Assembly: GCA_965215195.1 (NCBI GenBank)
Contig: CBDCDC010000002.1
Location: 4,768,001-4,832,000 of the forward strand
DNA length: 64,000 bases
Source: Candidatus Latescibacterota bacterium
Lineage (GTDB): Bacteria; Latescibacterota; UBA2968; UBA8231
Direction: 5' to 3'
In this document: positions 20,099 to 29,900 of the stretch, one piece after another
Position numbering within the stretch: position 1 is the stretch's first letter
Layout: each line of letters starts with the position of its first letter
Translations under genes and position numbers: made by a program
The notes under the pieces: generated by a model
What the model was told of the DNA's origin: nothing
What the model saw: the letters and a program-made list of their open reading frames with translations, nothing else
The model's database searches: none

Positions 20099-20665
20099 TC
20101 ATCGAAGGCCCCTCGAATGGCCTTGAGATAAAGTCGGGCTCGGAGGGCAAAGGGATTGCGTTGAGGTTTGATCCGCAGACGCTCCAAGCACCCGGCGGCG
20201 ATACGTCGCAAAGACCAGCCCGTCTGCGCAGCGCCTTTCCACCGCCTCCCATTCGCTTTCGTCCCATTCTGGAAAGTACGCGTCGCCCTCCACTTTGATG
20301 GGCAGGTGCGTCAGGATCATTTCGTCGGCCAAGGGCAGGGCCTGCTCATAGACTTGAGCACCGCCGAGCACGAAGAGTTTTTCGCTGCCAATGCTGCGGG
20401 CGCACTGCAAAGCCTCGGCCAAGCTCTGGCAGACGACCACGCCCTCGGTGACCGCGTAGGCTGGATTGCGGGTGAGGACGAAGTTGCGGCGCTGGGGCAA
20501 GGGGCGCGTCTGAAAGGTCTCGTAGGTTTTGCGACCGGCCACGACCGCGTGGCCCCGCGTGACGCGGCGAAAGTGCCGCAGGTCGGCCGGGTAGTGCCAC
20601 GGGATGGCGTTGTCGCGGCCAATGACCCTGTTCTCGCTCAGGGCGGCGATGAGGATGGTTTTCAT
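20099..20665 (-). CDS. folA: Dihydrofolate reductase
   Basis: IAALSENRVIG..NAIPW, GRKTYET, LGGAQVY, EGDAYFP; ATG 20665 overlaps the upstream stop (ATGA). Confidence 0.9.
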   Translation of the reverse strand: MKTILIAALSENRVIGRDNAIPWHYPADLRHFRRVTRGHAVVAGRKTYETFQTRPLPQRRNFVLTRNPAYAVTEGVVVCQSLAEALQCARSIGSEKLFVLGGAQVYEQALPLADEMILTHLPIKVEGDAYFPEWDESEWEAVERRCADGLVFATYRRRVLGASADQTSTQSLCPPSPTLSQGHSRGLR

Positions 20666-21408
20666 GCGGACGCACCGGACGGGTAAAAAAAAGAGCGGAC
20701 GACCGGGTGCTCTGAGCACTTGGCCTCGGCGACCGCGCCGGTAAATGCCACGCGACCTTGGTCGAGCATGATGAGGCGGCCGTTGAGTCGCTCAATGCTG
20801 AGTAACTCGTGGGTGACAATGGCGATGGTAATGCCCAACTCGCGATTGAGCGTGAGGAGGAGTGCGTCGATCTCGGCGGCGGTGACCGGATCGAGGCCCG
20901 CGCCCGGCTCGTCGCAGAAAAGAATCTCCGGGTCCATGACCATGGCCCGCGCCAGAGCGGCGCGTTTGCGCATCCCGCCCGACAGCTCGCCGGGATAGCG
21001 GTCGCAGGCGTGCCCCAAGCCCACCGAGGCGAGCCGGGTGCGCGCGATCTCCCCAATCAGGGTTGGCTGCAAGTCCGTGTGCATTTCCAAGGGCAGGGCG
21101 ACGTTTTGCTCAACGGTCAAGGAGTTGAGCAGGGCGCCGTATTGGAACATGACGCCCAGCCGCTTGCGCAAGGCCGCCAGCTCCTCCTCGCCGAGGGCCG
21201 TCGCGTCTTGGCCGAGGATTGCGACGCGGCCCGAGACGGGTTGCACCAAGCCGATGATCGCCTTGAGCAAGGTGCTCTTGCCGCTGCCGCTGCCGCCGAG
21301 CACGACAGCGATTTCCCCCTCTTCTACATGTGCGTCAATCCCGCGCAGGACGGCCGTCTCGCCGTAGGACACGCAGAGGTTTTGGATGTCGATGGCGTGG
21401 GTCACCAT
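20662..21408 (-). CDS. mlaF: MCE-system ABC ATPase (MlaF/Mkl family)
   Basis: GGSGSGKS, LSGGMRKRAALARA, CDEPGAGLDP; start ATG 21408. Confidence 0.9.
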   Translation of the reverse strand: MVTHAIDIQNLCVSYGETAVLRGIDAHVEEGEIAVVLGGSGSGKSTLLKAIIGLVQPVSGRVAILGQDATALGEEELAALRKRLGVMFQYGALLNSLTVEQNVALPLEMHTDLQPTLIGEIARTRLASVGLGHACDRYPGELSGGMRKRAALARAMVMDPEILFCDEPGAGLDPVTAAEIDALLLTLNRELGITIAIVTHELLSIERLNGRLIMLDQGRVAFTGAVAEAKCSEHPVVRSFFYPSGASA

Positions 21409-22493
21409 TTTAGGTAAAAGACAATGCCCCAGAAGGCGTCGAGGACGATGATGCCAAACAGCGACGACACGACCGCCGATGTCGTCGCCCGGCCCACGCC
21501 TTCGGCCCCGCCGCTGAAATGGAGGCCGTGATGCACCGAGATGATCGCGATGAGCCACGCAAAGGACGCGCTTTTGACCAGCCCGGTGAGCAGGTCCTTG
21601 AGAAAGAGCGATGAGAAGACTTGGTTGAGAAACACCGCGACCGGGATGTCCAGCGACACCAAGCCGACGAAGGTGCCGCCGAGGATGCCGACGAAGTTGG
21701 CCATGATCGTCAAAAGCGGCATGCAGACGATCATGGCCCACAGCTTGGGCACGACCACAAAGCGCAGGGGGTCAATTCCCATAGTCTGTAGGGCGTCCAA
21801 TTCCTCGGTGAACTTCATGGTGGCGATCTCGGCGGCAATGGCCGACCCGGAGCGGCCAGACACCATGATCGCGGTCATCAGCGGCCCCAACTCGCGGGTC
21901 AGGCCAATGCCCAGCAGGTTGGCGACGAAAATATCGGCCCCGAACTGGCGGAGCTGGGCCGCAGACTGGAGGGCCGAAACCGCACCGACGAGAAAGAGAA
22001 CCAGCCCGACGATCTGCAGGGCCTGTGCGCCAATCGCGTACGCTTGCTCGCCAAAGCTGCCCCGGCGAATCTGGTCGCGGCGGAACAGGGTGCTAATCGA
22101 GAAAACGCTCAAGTCGGCCATCAGGTAGAGAAAGTCGGCGGCGCGGACGCCACAAGCGCGCACCCACGCACCGAGGCGCTCAAGGGCGGCGCGGGGCGGC
22201 GCGGGGCGGGCAGGCGGCGCGGGCGGGGCAAAGTCGAAAAAGGGCTGCAAGTGGGCGGGCAGTCCATTGAGGCGGAGGTCCTTGTCCAAGGCGCGGGCGA
22301 GGCCGGGCAGACCGCGCAGGAAGACGGCCCCGGCGGTGTCGAGGTGTTCGACCTCGCGCAAGTCGGCGCGGAGCGCGGAGCGCGGGTGCGCGGCGATGAG
22401 GGTGCGCGCTTGGGAAGCGAGGGCGCCGATGGTGTGTAGCGAAAGCGCACCTCCGAGCGCGATCCCCAAGTCGTCGCTCTGCACCCAAGTCAT
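21402..22493 (-). CDS. mlaE: MlaE-family permease with N-terminal STAS domain
   Basis: HLDTAGA (STAS); RELGPLMTAIMVSGRSGSAIAAEIATMK..EELDAL; GVGRATTSAVV. Confidence 0.9.
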   Translation of the reverse strand: MTWVQSDDLGIALGGALSLHTIGALASQARTLIAAHPRSALRADLREVEHLDTAGAVFLRGLPGLARALDKDLRLNGLPAHLQPFFDFAPPAPPARPAPPRAALERLGAWVRACGVRAADFLYLMADLSVFSISTLFRRDQIRRGSFGEQAYAIGAQALQIVGLVLFLVGAVSALQSAAQLRQFGADIFVANLLGIGLTRELGPLMTAIMVSGRSGSAIAAEIATMKFTEELDALQTMGIDPLRFVVVPKLWAMIVCMPLLTIMANFVGILGGTFVGLVSLDIPVAVFLNQVFSSLFLKDLLTGLVKSASFAWLIAIISVHHGLHFSGGAEGVGRATTSAVVSSLFGIIVLDAFWGIVFYLKW

Positions 22494-23992
22494 AGCAAAT
22501 ACACGAAGCGCAGCAAGACCTGTTGTTGCGATTGCAGCCTTCGCGTCGCCTTCTCGCGCTCAAAGTCGAAGACGATATCCATATTGACAAAGCGGCTAAA
22601 CACCAAGCGCAAGCGGTTTTCCCAAGCAAATTCCCAATCGTCGGCCGCCCGCCCCGGAATGATAATGTCAAACTCCGAGTCCAAGATGACCGATTGGGCC
22701 GGGCGCAGGTTGAGGATCAGCAGGGCTTCTAGGCCGGTCGTGGCCTCGTCCTTGAGGGCTACGGCGCGCGTGGATTTCAGGTCAAAGGTGTCGGTGAAGT
22801 ATTTCTGCCGCGCCCCAAAGCCCACGCGCATGTCGAGGGTGAAGGGGAAGCTGCGGACGACTTGGGAGTTGATACCAACGCCTTGGCGCAGCTCGAAGGG
22901 GCTGAAGGCCGGGGAGAGGGTAAATTCTTCCACGCCCGTCCTCTTGGTTACTCGGCCGTCGGCATTGAGAATTAGGAGGTCGCGCGGCGGGTCGAAGAGG
23001 ATCTCGGTAGCAAATAGCTTGGTATTGAATACCCCGCGCAAGTAGGGGCCAAGCCGCTCGGAGAGCCGATAAATATAGGTGGCGCGGACTTCAAATTCAT
23101 CCTCTGAATTGCGGAAGGCGTCGCCCTCTTCGAGGATAAAATCCTCCTCAAAAGTCAATCTCAGATTAAAGAAGTTGCGGTCCGTGTTATAGATGCTGCG
23201 ACCAAAGACTTGGGTGTCCAGCGAGAGGACTGAGCGGTCTTCGCCAGTGGCATTCTGCGATGTTGACAGCCGGGTCGAGCCACTTAGCTGCAAGGCGGTT
23301 TTCCAGTTAGAGCCGATCTTCTGACCGAGGAGGCCCTGCGGCGATGGCGGGTAAAAGCCGACGAAGGTATCGTCGCTGCTATCTACTACGAGGTTCCGCT
23401 GGACCAGTTCGCCCGGCGCTAGGCGCACGCTGAACTTGTGGATCGTCGAAATGTTTTCCCCCACCGGCACCACCGAATACACGCCCGGGGGCAACAGCCA
23501 CGTCTTAACCGCCTCGCCGCGCTCCTCTTCGACGCCAAAGCCAATGCCGTAGTTTTCCTGTTTGTCCTCCCAGTACAACTCGTACGATTCGTCGATGGCA
23601 TTGCGCTGCTCATTGATGACGTTGATCACCAAGCCCGACCAAAAGGGCTTGAGCAAGGTCGTCATGTTCTCGCGGATGGGCACGGTGCGGCTCGTCATCT
23701 GCGCGTCCGTGCCCGAGCCGATTAGCACCTCGTAGTATCCCGGCGAGAGCAGGACGCCGGTGCCGGGATAGGCTTCGCGGACGCGCTTTTTGCCCTGTAA
23801 GACGAGAAAACTCGGCTCGTTGAGGGAGCCGGTCATCGTCGGCACGAAGAGTAGGCCCTTGCCCTTGGGAATCAGCGTTGGATCCTGTTCGAGTTGGCCG
23901 CGCCCGGGTGGGGCGACCCACGTATAGCTGCTGCCCAAGACTGGGCTGGCGAGCAACGGCAGGGCGATCAGGATGTAGAGCCGCTTGTACAT
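22490..23992 (-). CDS. Exported hypothetical protein, probable outer-membrane barrel (DUF3078-like C-terminus)
   Basis: Signal peptide MYKRLYILIALPLLASPVLG; amphipathic strands ending LLRFVYLL; embedded in the MCE operon. Confidence 0.55.
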   Translation of the reverse strand: MYKRLYILIALPLLASPVLGSSYTWVAPPGRGQLEQDPTLIPKGKGLLFVPTMTGSLNEPSFLVLQGKKRVREAYPGTGVLLSPGYYEVLIGSGTDAQMTSRTVPIRENMTTLLKPFWSGLVINVINEQRNAIDESYELYWEDKQENYGIGFGVEEERGEAVKTWLLPPGVYSVVPVGENISTIHKFSVRLAPGELVQRNLVVDSSDDTFVGFYPPSPQGLLGQKIGSNWKTALQLSGSTRLSTSQNATGEDRSVLSLDTQVFGRSIYNTDRNFFNLRLTFEEDFILEEGDAFRNSEDEFEVRATYIYRLSERLGPYLRGVFNTKLFATEILFDPPRDLLILNADGRVTKRTGVEEFTLSPAFSPFELRQGVGINSQVVRSFPFTLDMRVGFGARQKYFTDTFDLKSTRAVALKDEATTGLEALLILNLRPAQSVILDSEFDIIIPGRAADDWEFAWENRLRLVFSRFVNMDIVFDFEREKATRRLQSQQQVLLRFVYLL

Positions 23993-24000
23993 GCCAAGTC

Positions 24001-24756
24001 CTAGGGGGCCAGCTTTCCCGGTATGAGCTCGTAGTAATCGGATTCTGTTTGCAGCGTATCTCGAGCCGCCGGTGCGGTTTCTTCGTCGGTTGCGACGAGC
24101 GCGGGTCGCTGCTTGTTGCGAAACTTGAAGTCGATCTCCTCGATGGCCTTTTTCATCTGTTGGCCCAAAATCCCGCTCAACGCGGCCACCGTGTATTTCA
24201 TGGCCGAGAAGAACACCTGTCTCTCCTCGGCGAAATCGGCCTGCCATATAACTTGGCCATCGGCCTGCCTCACTAGCTCCAGCGTCATAACCAGATGGGC
24301 CGCCCACAGGTCGCCGCTGTCAAAGCGCTCGATGGCTTTGACTGAGCCGCTGAGCACGTAATCCGGGCGGTGCTCAAAAAAGTCGCGATCCCCGCCGACA
24401 TAGGTAAAGAGGTCGGCTTGGCGCAAGTATTGCTCAACCGCGTCGGTGATCATGTCGCCGGGGCGCTCCATCCAGTGGTGGAGATTGTCGCGCCGCAACT
24501 CGTACTGGTCGCGGCGGCGGATGATGTGGGTGCGGTCATAGGCTCGGGGCACCTCAAAGCCCTTGACCTGCACTTGGAAAGGGTACGGACGCTCGGAACC
24601 TTCCAAGCTACCGCGCAAGGGTTCGATATGGAGCTTGAAGTAGCGCCGCTGCGGCAGCTTGGCGTCGCCGCCTAGCATTTGGGCGCAGCCGGATAGAGCG
24701 GCGGCCAAGACGAGGGCTTGACCGCAGCGGCGCACTCGGCTATTGGGCTGCACCAC
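24001..24756 (-). CDS. PqiC-like ABC transport auxiliary lipoprotein
   Basis: Lipobox LSGC; YDRTHII...HHWMERP; follows the MCE gene. Confidence 0.75.
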   Translation of the reverse strand: MVQPNSRVRRCGQALVLAAALSGCAQMLGGDAKLPQRRYFKLHIEPLRGSLEGSERPYPFQVQVKGFEVPRAYDRTHIIRRRDQYELRRDNLHHWMERPGDMITDAVEQYLRQADLFTYVGGDRDFFEHRPDYVLSGSVKAIERFDSGDLWAAHLVMTLELVRQADGQVIWQADFAEERQVFFSAMKYTVAALSGILGQQMKKAIEEIDFKFRNKQRPALVATDEETAPAARDTLQTESDYYELIPGKLAP

Positions 24757-25717
24757 TGCGACCTCGGATGAGCACCGCGGGGTTCTCGCGGATTAGTTCG
24801 GTGGTTTCGCGGATATTCTGCAAAGTTTCCTCCAGTTCCCGCATGGCGCGCAGGAGATTCTGCCGGCTGGCCCCCACCGTTTGGTCGATGCCCACAAAGG
24901 TCCGGTCGATATGGCTTAGCACGGTGTCCAGCCGTGCGACGAGCAGAGGGACCGGGCCGTCTAGTTGCTGGCGCAACTTGTGCATGGTCACTTGCAGGTC
25001 GTCAACCGTCTGTTGCAGCTTCGCGCCCACGAGCAAGGCGTGCAGGGAATCGGCCGTCACCGCCAACGTCGCGCTAGCCGCGGCCAGCGAGCGACTGGTG
25101 GCAACCATGTTGACCGCTGTCTCGTCGAATGCAGAGCGGTTGTCCTCGACCAGCGCGTTAGCCGTGGCCAGCAGATTGCCCGCGTTGTTCAGCGTCTCGG
25201 TAAAGACGCGCTGGTTTTCGCTGCTGAGCAGCGCACTTAGGTCGTCGATGACTTGTTCAACCTTGGCGCTGAGCACTTCGGCGCGCTCTTGCATGCTGCT
25301 AAAAAAGGTCTCGCCCGCGACAATTGTGGAGCCCGGGGGGAGGACCGGGGCGTCGTTGCTGCCCCCGTAAAGCTCAATGTACTTCAGGCCGGTAATCCCC
25401 AGCGAGGCCATGCGCGCTTGCGTGTCGGTGCGGATGGCGTTTGCGGCCAGCCGCCTCTCGAGCGAAATCTCCACGACCACGGTGGCGAGGTGATCCCGCG
25501 CGATCGCGATGTCCTCGACTCGGCCAATGCTGAAGCCCAAGTACTTGACGTCCGCGCCTTTGTTGAGGCCGCTGACCGGCGAGTTGGACTCAATGTAGTA
25601 GGTATCGCGCTGGCTCAAGAGATGGCTGCCGGCGACGACGATGAAGAAGAGCGCGAGGACCGCGAGCGAAACCAAGAAGAAAATGCCGAGTCGTATTTGC
25701 TGTGCTCGGGTAGCCAT
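24740..25717 (-). CDS. mlaD: MCE/MlaD-family protein with helical extension
   Basis: SGLNKGADVKYLGFSIGRV, GITGLKYIEL, ENPAVLIRG. Confidence 0.9.
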   Translation of the reverse strand: MATRAQQIRLGIFFLVSLAVLALFFIVVAGSHLLSQRDTYYIESNSPVSGLNKGADVKYLGFSIGRVEDIAIARDHLATVVVEISLERRLAANAIRTDTQARMASLGITGLKYIELYGGSNDAPVLPPGSTIVAGETFFSSMQERAEVLSAKVEQVIDDLSALLSSENQRVFTETLNNAGNLLATANALVEDNRSAFDETAVNMVATSRSLAAASATLAVTADSLHALLVGAKLQQTVDDLQVTMHKLRQQLDGPVPLLVARLDTVLSHIDRTFVGIDQTVGASRQNLLRAMRELEETLQNIRETTELIRENPAVLIRGRSGAAQ

Positions 25718-25768
25718 AAAGACGCTGTGAAATAAGTCGTGATTGAAATGCCGCCCCGTCGGGCAATA

Positions 25769-26674
25769 TCAGCAACGCACCCCCTGCGAGCAAGAACTCG
25801 GCACCACCACCCGCAGGGCGGCCGGGCTAATTTCCAGCACGAGCGGCGTCTGGCCAAAGTACTCGCCATCAGCATACGCGCTGTGCGGCGCGTCGGTGTG
25901 CAGCGCTAGGCGGGCCGTGCGCTCGATGCGCACGGCTGGATGGCGGACGTGTCCTCGCCAAAAGAGGCGGAGCATCAGCGACAGAATCGCCCGCCGCGGC
26001 ACCGCATTGACGACGACCACGTCGAATAGACCATCGCCTAAATCGGCATTTGGGGCAACGCACAAATTGCCTCCATAGTTCCGCGCATTGGCGGTAGATA
26101 CTTGCAGCACCTCTTGCTCAATCTCCCCGAAATCGCCACAGAGGCGGACCCAGACCGGCTGGTAGCGAACGACGTGCCGCAATGCTTCTAAGATATAGCG
26201 GGGCCGCCCGGCCCAAGGCCCTTGGGCGCTTTCCATGCGGCGATTGACTTCGGCGTCAAAGCCAAAGGCGACGATGGTGGCAAAGAAGCGGTCGCCGGCC
26301 CGGCCCAAGTCTATGGTGCGCACCTCGCCGCCCAGCAGGTTGCCTATGGCCGCTTCCACGCGCAGCGACACGGCGAGGGCGCGGGCCAAGTCGTTGCACG
26401 TGCCGCAGGGCAGCAGCCCCAAGGCCGTATGCGAGCCAGCAAGGGGCGCGAGCGTCTCGCCGATGGTGCCGTCGCCGCCGCAAACCACGAGCCGCTCAGC
26501 ACCCTCGGCCACGGCCTGCTGCGCCAGCTCAGTTGCGTGGCCTTTGGCCCGCGTGTAGCGCAACTCAACCGCTTGACCGGCGTCCTGTATAGCCAAGGCG
26601 GCTTGCTCGGCGACGCTGCGGGCGCGGGCGTTGCCCGCGGTTGGATTGGCTATCAAGACCCAGTGTTTGGACAT
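25769..26674 (-). CDS. Diacylglycerol/lipid kinase family protein (YegS/BmrU/DagK)
   Basis: NPTAG, GGDGT, PCGTCNDLAR, ADGE motifs. Confidence 0.9.
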   Translation of the reverse strand: MSKHWVLIANPTAGNARARSVAEQAALAIQDAGQAVELRYTRAKGHATELAQQAVAEGAERLVVCGGDGTIGETLAPLAGSHTALGLLPCGTCNDLARALAVSLRVEAAIGNLLGGEVRTIDLGRAGDRFFATIVAFGFDAEVNRRMESAQGPWAGRPRYILEALRHVVRYQPVWVRLCGDFGEIEQEVLQVSTANARNYGGNLCVAPNADLGDGLFDVVVVNAVPRRAILSLMLRLFWRGHVRHPAVRIERTARLALHTDAPHSAYADGEYFGQTPLVLEISPAALRVVVPSSCSQGVRC

Positions 26675-26740
26675 AGCTTGGGTTGTCCCATGAGCGGCCT
26701 TGCACGTAGATTAAAACTGCTAAAAAGATAACATCAAAAC

Positions 26741-26887
26741 ATGGCCAAGCGAAAACGAGACATCGAGTGGGCCGACCAGCGCCGCGAACTGGAAAAACAG
26801 GTCCAACACCCCTATATCACCAAGCAAGGGCTAGACCGGAATCGGCGCGGCGGCAAGGGCCGCAATCCTAGGCGTCCGGCGCAGTGA
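26741..26887 (+). CDS. Small basic hypothetical protein (48 aa), below the ORF-track cutoff
   Basis: MAKRKRDIEWADQRRELEKQVQHPYITKQGLDRNRRGGKGRNPRRPAQ; fills the gap after an AT-rich upstream stretch; no clear SD. Confidence 0.45.
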   Translation: MAKRKRDIEWADQRRELEKQVQHPYITKQGLDRNRRGGKGRNPRRPAQ

Positions 26888-26986
26888 GCCTCCTTGTCGC
26901 AGGGCATCCCGCTCTCTATATTACAGCGCTTTGAGCCTCCCACTCGCTGCACGGGATGGGGCTTTTGTCCGTTCCGCTATTCCGCT

Positions 26987-29900
26987 ATGATCAGAGAATT
27001 CTATCAGGGCCGCACCGTGTTGCTCACCGGCGGCACCGGGTTTTACGGGCAGGGACTAACGGCCAAGATCCTGCGCCATCTGCCCGGCGTGCGGCGCTTG
27101 TACCTCGTGTTGCGGCCCGGTCGGGGGCCTGGCGGGGCCGCGCTGCCGGTAGAGGAGCGGCTGGACGAGCTTTTCAAGCTGGTCGTCTTCGACCGCTTTC
27201 GCCGCGAGGAGCCAGCCACCTTTGCCGCGGCCCGGCAGAAGGTGCGTGCCCTCGCCTGCGACATGCAGCAGCCGGGCCTCGGGTTAGACCAAGCATCGCG
27301 CGACGAGCTGCTGGCGGAAGTTGATCTCATCATCGGCAATGCGGCCAGCGTCACCTTTGACGAACCGCTCGACTCGGCGATCCAATTCAACACCTTAGCG
27401 CCGCAGGAGCTTTTGCGGCTGGCCCGTGAAGGCCGCAAAAAGCCCGTCTTAGTACACGTCTCAACCGCGTACGTCAACGGTCGCCTCACCGGCACCATCT
27501 CCGAGCGAACACTGCCGGTTGACCGCACAGTTCAGCACCTAATCGACCGCAGCACACCTCCACAACCTTTCGTCCCGGAAGAAGAGATCGCCCAAGCGCA
27601 AGCCCTCTGCCGAGCCATTCGCGCCCAAGCGCAAAGCCCCGAGCAACAGCGAGCCTTCCGCCGCGAGATCGTCGAGCAGAGCCACCGCCGCACGCTCTCG
27701 GACAGCCGCTTGCAAAAGCTGATTGACGACCGCTGTCGTCGCTGGATCGAGCGCGAGCTGGTTGAGGAGGGGATGCGCCGAGCGCGGCAGCATGGCTGGA
27801 ACGACGTGTACACTTTTACCAAGGCCATGGGCGAACAGCTACTCGTCAAGCACCGCGGCCAAGTGCCGCTGGCCATTGTGCGGCCCAGCGTCACCGAAGG
27901 CGCACTCGAAGATCCGCATCCAGGCTGGATCCACGGGCTCAAAGTGACCGATCCGCTGGTGGTGGCCTACGGGCGGGGGATCGTCCCGGACTTCCCGGCC
28001 GCAGTCGGCGCACCCATGGACTTGGTGCCCGTGGACATCGTCGTCAATACCGTGCTGGCCGCGGCCACGCAGGCCACGGCCTCTAAAGTGGAGGTCTTCC
28101 ACGCGGCGACCAGCGAGGAAAACCCCCTGCCCAACACCCGAATGTTCAAGTACATCAAGTCCTATTTTGAGGAACACCCCCTCCTCAACAAGGACGGCTC
28201 GCGGCCCGAGCTAGTGGATTGGACCTTCCCGACCGTGGCCCGCTTCCAGCGCATCTTCAACTGGAAGTACCTCTATCCGCTGGAGGTAAGGCAAAAGCTC
28301 TACGAGTACCTGCCCGAGCGCTGGGCACCGGCCCAGAAGAAGCGCCGCTTGGCCGCGCTCAAGATGCGCCTCAAGCGCGTCCAGTACTTCACCGACCTGT
28401 TCAGCCCGTACACGACCCTCGATTGCCGCTATGAGACCAAGCGCATGTTGGCCCTGTACGAGTCGCTGCCCCCAGAAGAGCAGCGGATCTTCAACATGGA
28501 CGTGCGGCGGATCGACTGGTATCAATACTATCAAAAGACCCACCTGCCCGGCCTCCGGCGCCACGAGCTGGGCGGGGCCGACGACGACCGAGAGCCGTTG
28601 GGCGCGGCACCGGGCGAAGTGGGAGGCGAAGAGCAGCGCTGGCGCATCGAGGAAAGCATCCGCACCATCCCGGACCTGTTGCGCTGGGCCTGCGGCCGCT
28701 ACGCCGCCAGAACGGCCTTGCAAATTGAGCACCGAGCCGGCTGGACGCGGATCAGCTACGACGAGTTGCTCACCCGCGCCGAGCGCACAGCGCGCAGTTG
28801 GCAAGCACAGGGTGCGTCGTCCGGTGCGCGGGTCCTGCTGTGCGGGGACAACGGGCCGGAGTGGGTCGTCGCCTACATGGCCGCCAGCCTGCTCGGGCTA
28901 GCGGTCGTGCCCATCGGCCCGCAGACGCGCGAGGAAGACATCTGGAGGCTGGGCGACTTTGTCGGAGCGCGGGCGCTAATCGCAGCGGAAAAGCGCTTTT
29001 CCCAGCTCTCGCCCGAGGGCGTGGCCGCCCACAAGGAAATGGCCTTTTTCAACATAGATCGCGACGGCCTGCCATTCGGGCACGCTCCCGAGCCAATCGC
29101 GTCCGCCAAAGAAGGCCGTTGGAAGCCGCCGCGAATTGAGCCAGCCGCCACCGCGTCGATCCTCTTTACCTCCGTCGTCGAGCCGCGCGGGGTGATGTTG
29201 AGCCATCGCAACCTCATCTCCAACGTCCTCGCCCAAGGGGAGGTGCTGCGCATCTACGAATCCGATCGCATGCTCTCGACCCTGCCCCTGCACCAGGCCC
29301 TCGAATTCACCGGCGGCTTGCTGCTGCCGCTGCTCGGCGGGACCACCATCACGTATTTAGAGGCCGTCAACAGCCGCGAGATGCTCCGCACCCTGCGCGA
29401 TACGCGCACGACCGTGCTGTTGACCGCGCCGCGCCTGTTGCGCGTCTTGGCCGACCGCGTCGAGCGCCTCGGAGCCGAGGCCACGGCTGCGCTCGCCGCT
29501 CTGAGGCGAGTCGTCAGCGTCGGCGCGGCCCTGTCCGACGACCTCAGCGGCGCTTATGAGCGTCTCGGCGTGGCGATTTGCCAAGGCTACGGCCTGAGCG
29601 AAGCGGCCTCGATCGTAGCGGTCAATGCGCCCAAGCAGGGCAGAGCCAAGTCGGTGGGGCAGGTGCTGCCCGGGCAGCAAGTGCAGATCGCCGAGCCGGA
29701 CGAGCGCGGCGTCGGCGAGGTTTTGGTGCGCGGTGCCAACGTCATGGAGGGATACTTCTCCCAAGAGGAGCTGACCCAAGCGGTGTTGCGCGATGGGTGG
29801 CTACACACCGGCGATCTCGGCCGCCTAGACGACGCAGGCTATCTCTTCGTCGAGGGGCGGAGCAAAGACCTGATCGTCAACGGGGCCGGCCACAACGTCT

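Noticed and set aside
20099-20190. Extra ~25-aa C-terminal tail on DHFR as a sign of an insertion
   Set aside because: No repeat or recognisable remnant found; simple stop-codon drift is sufficient
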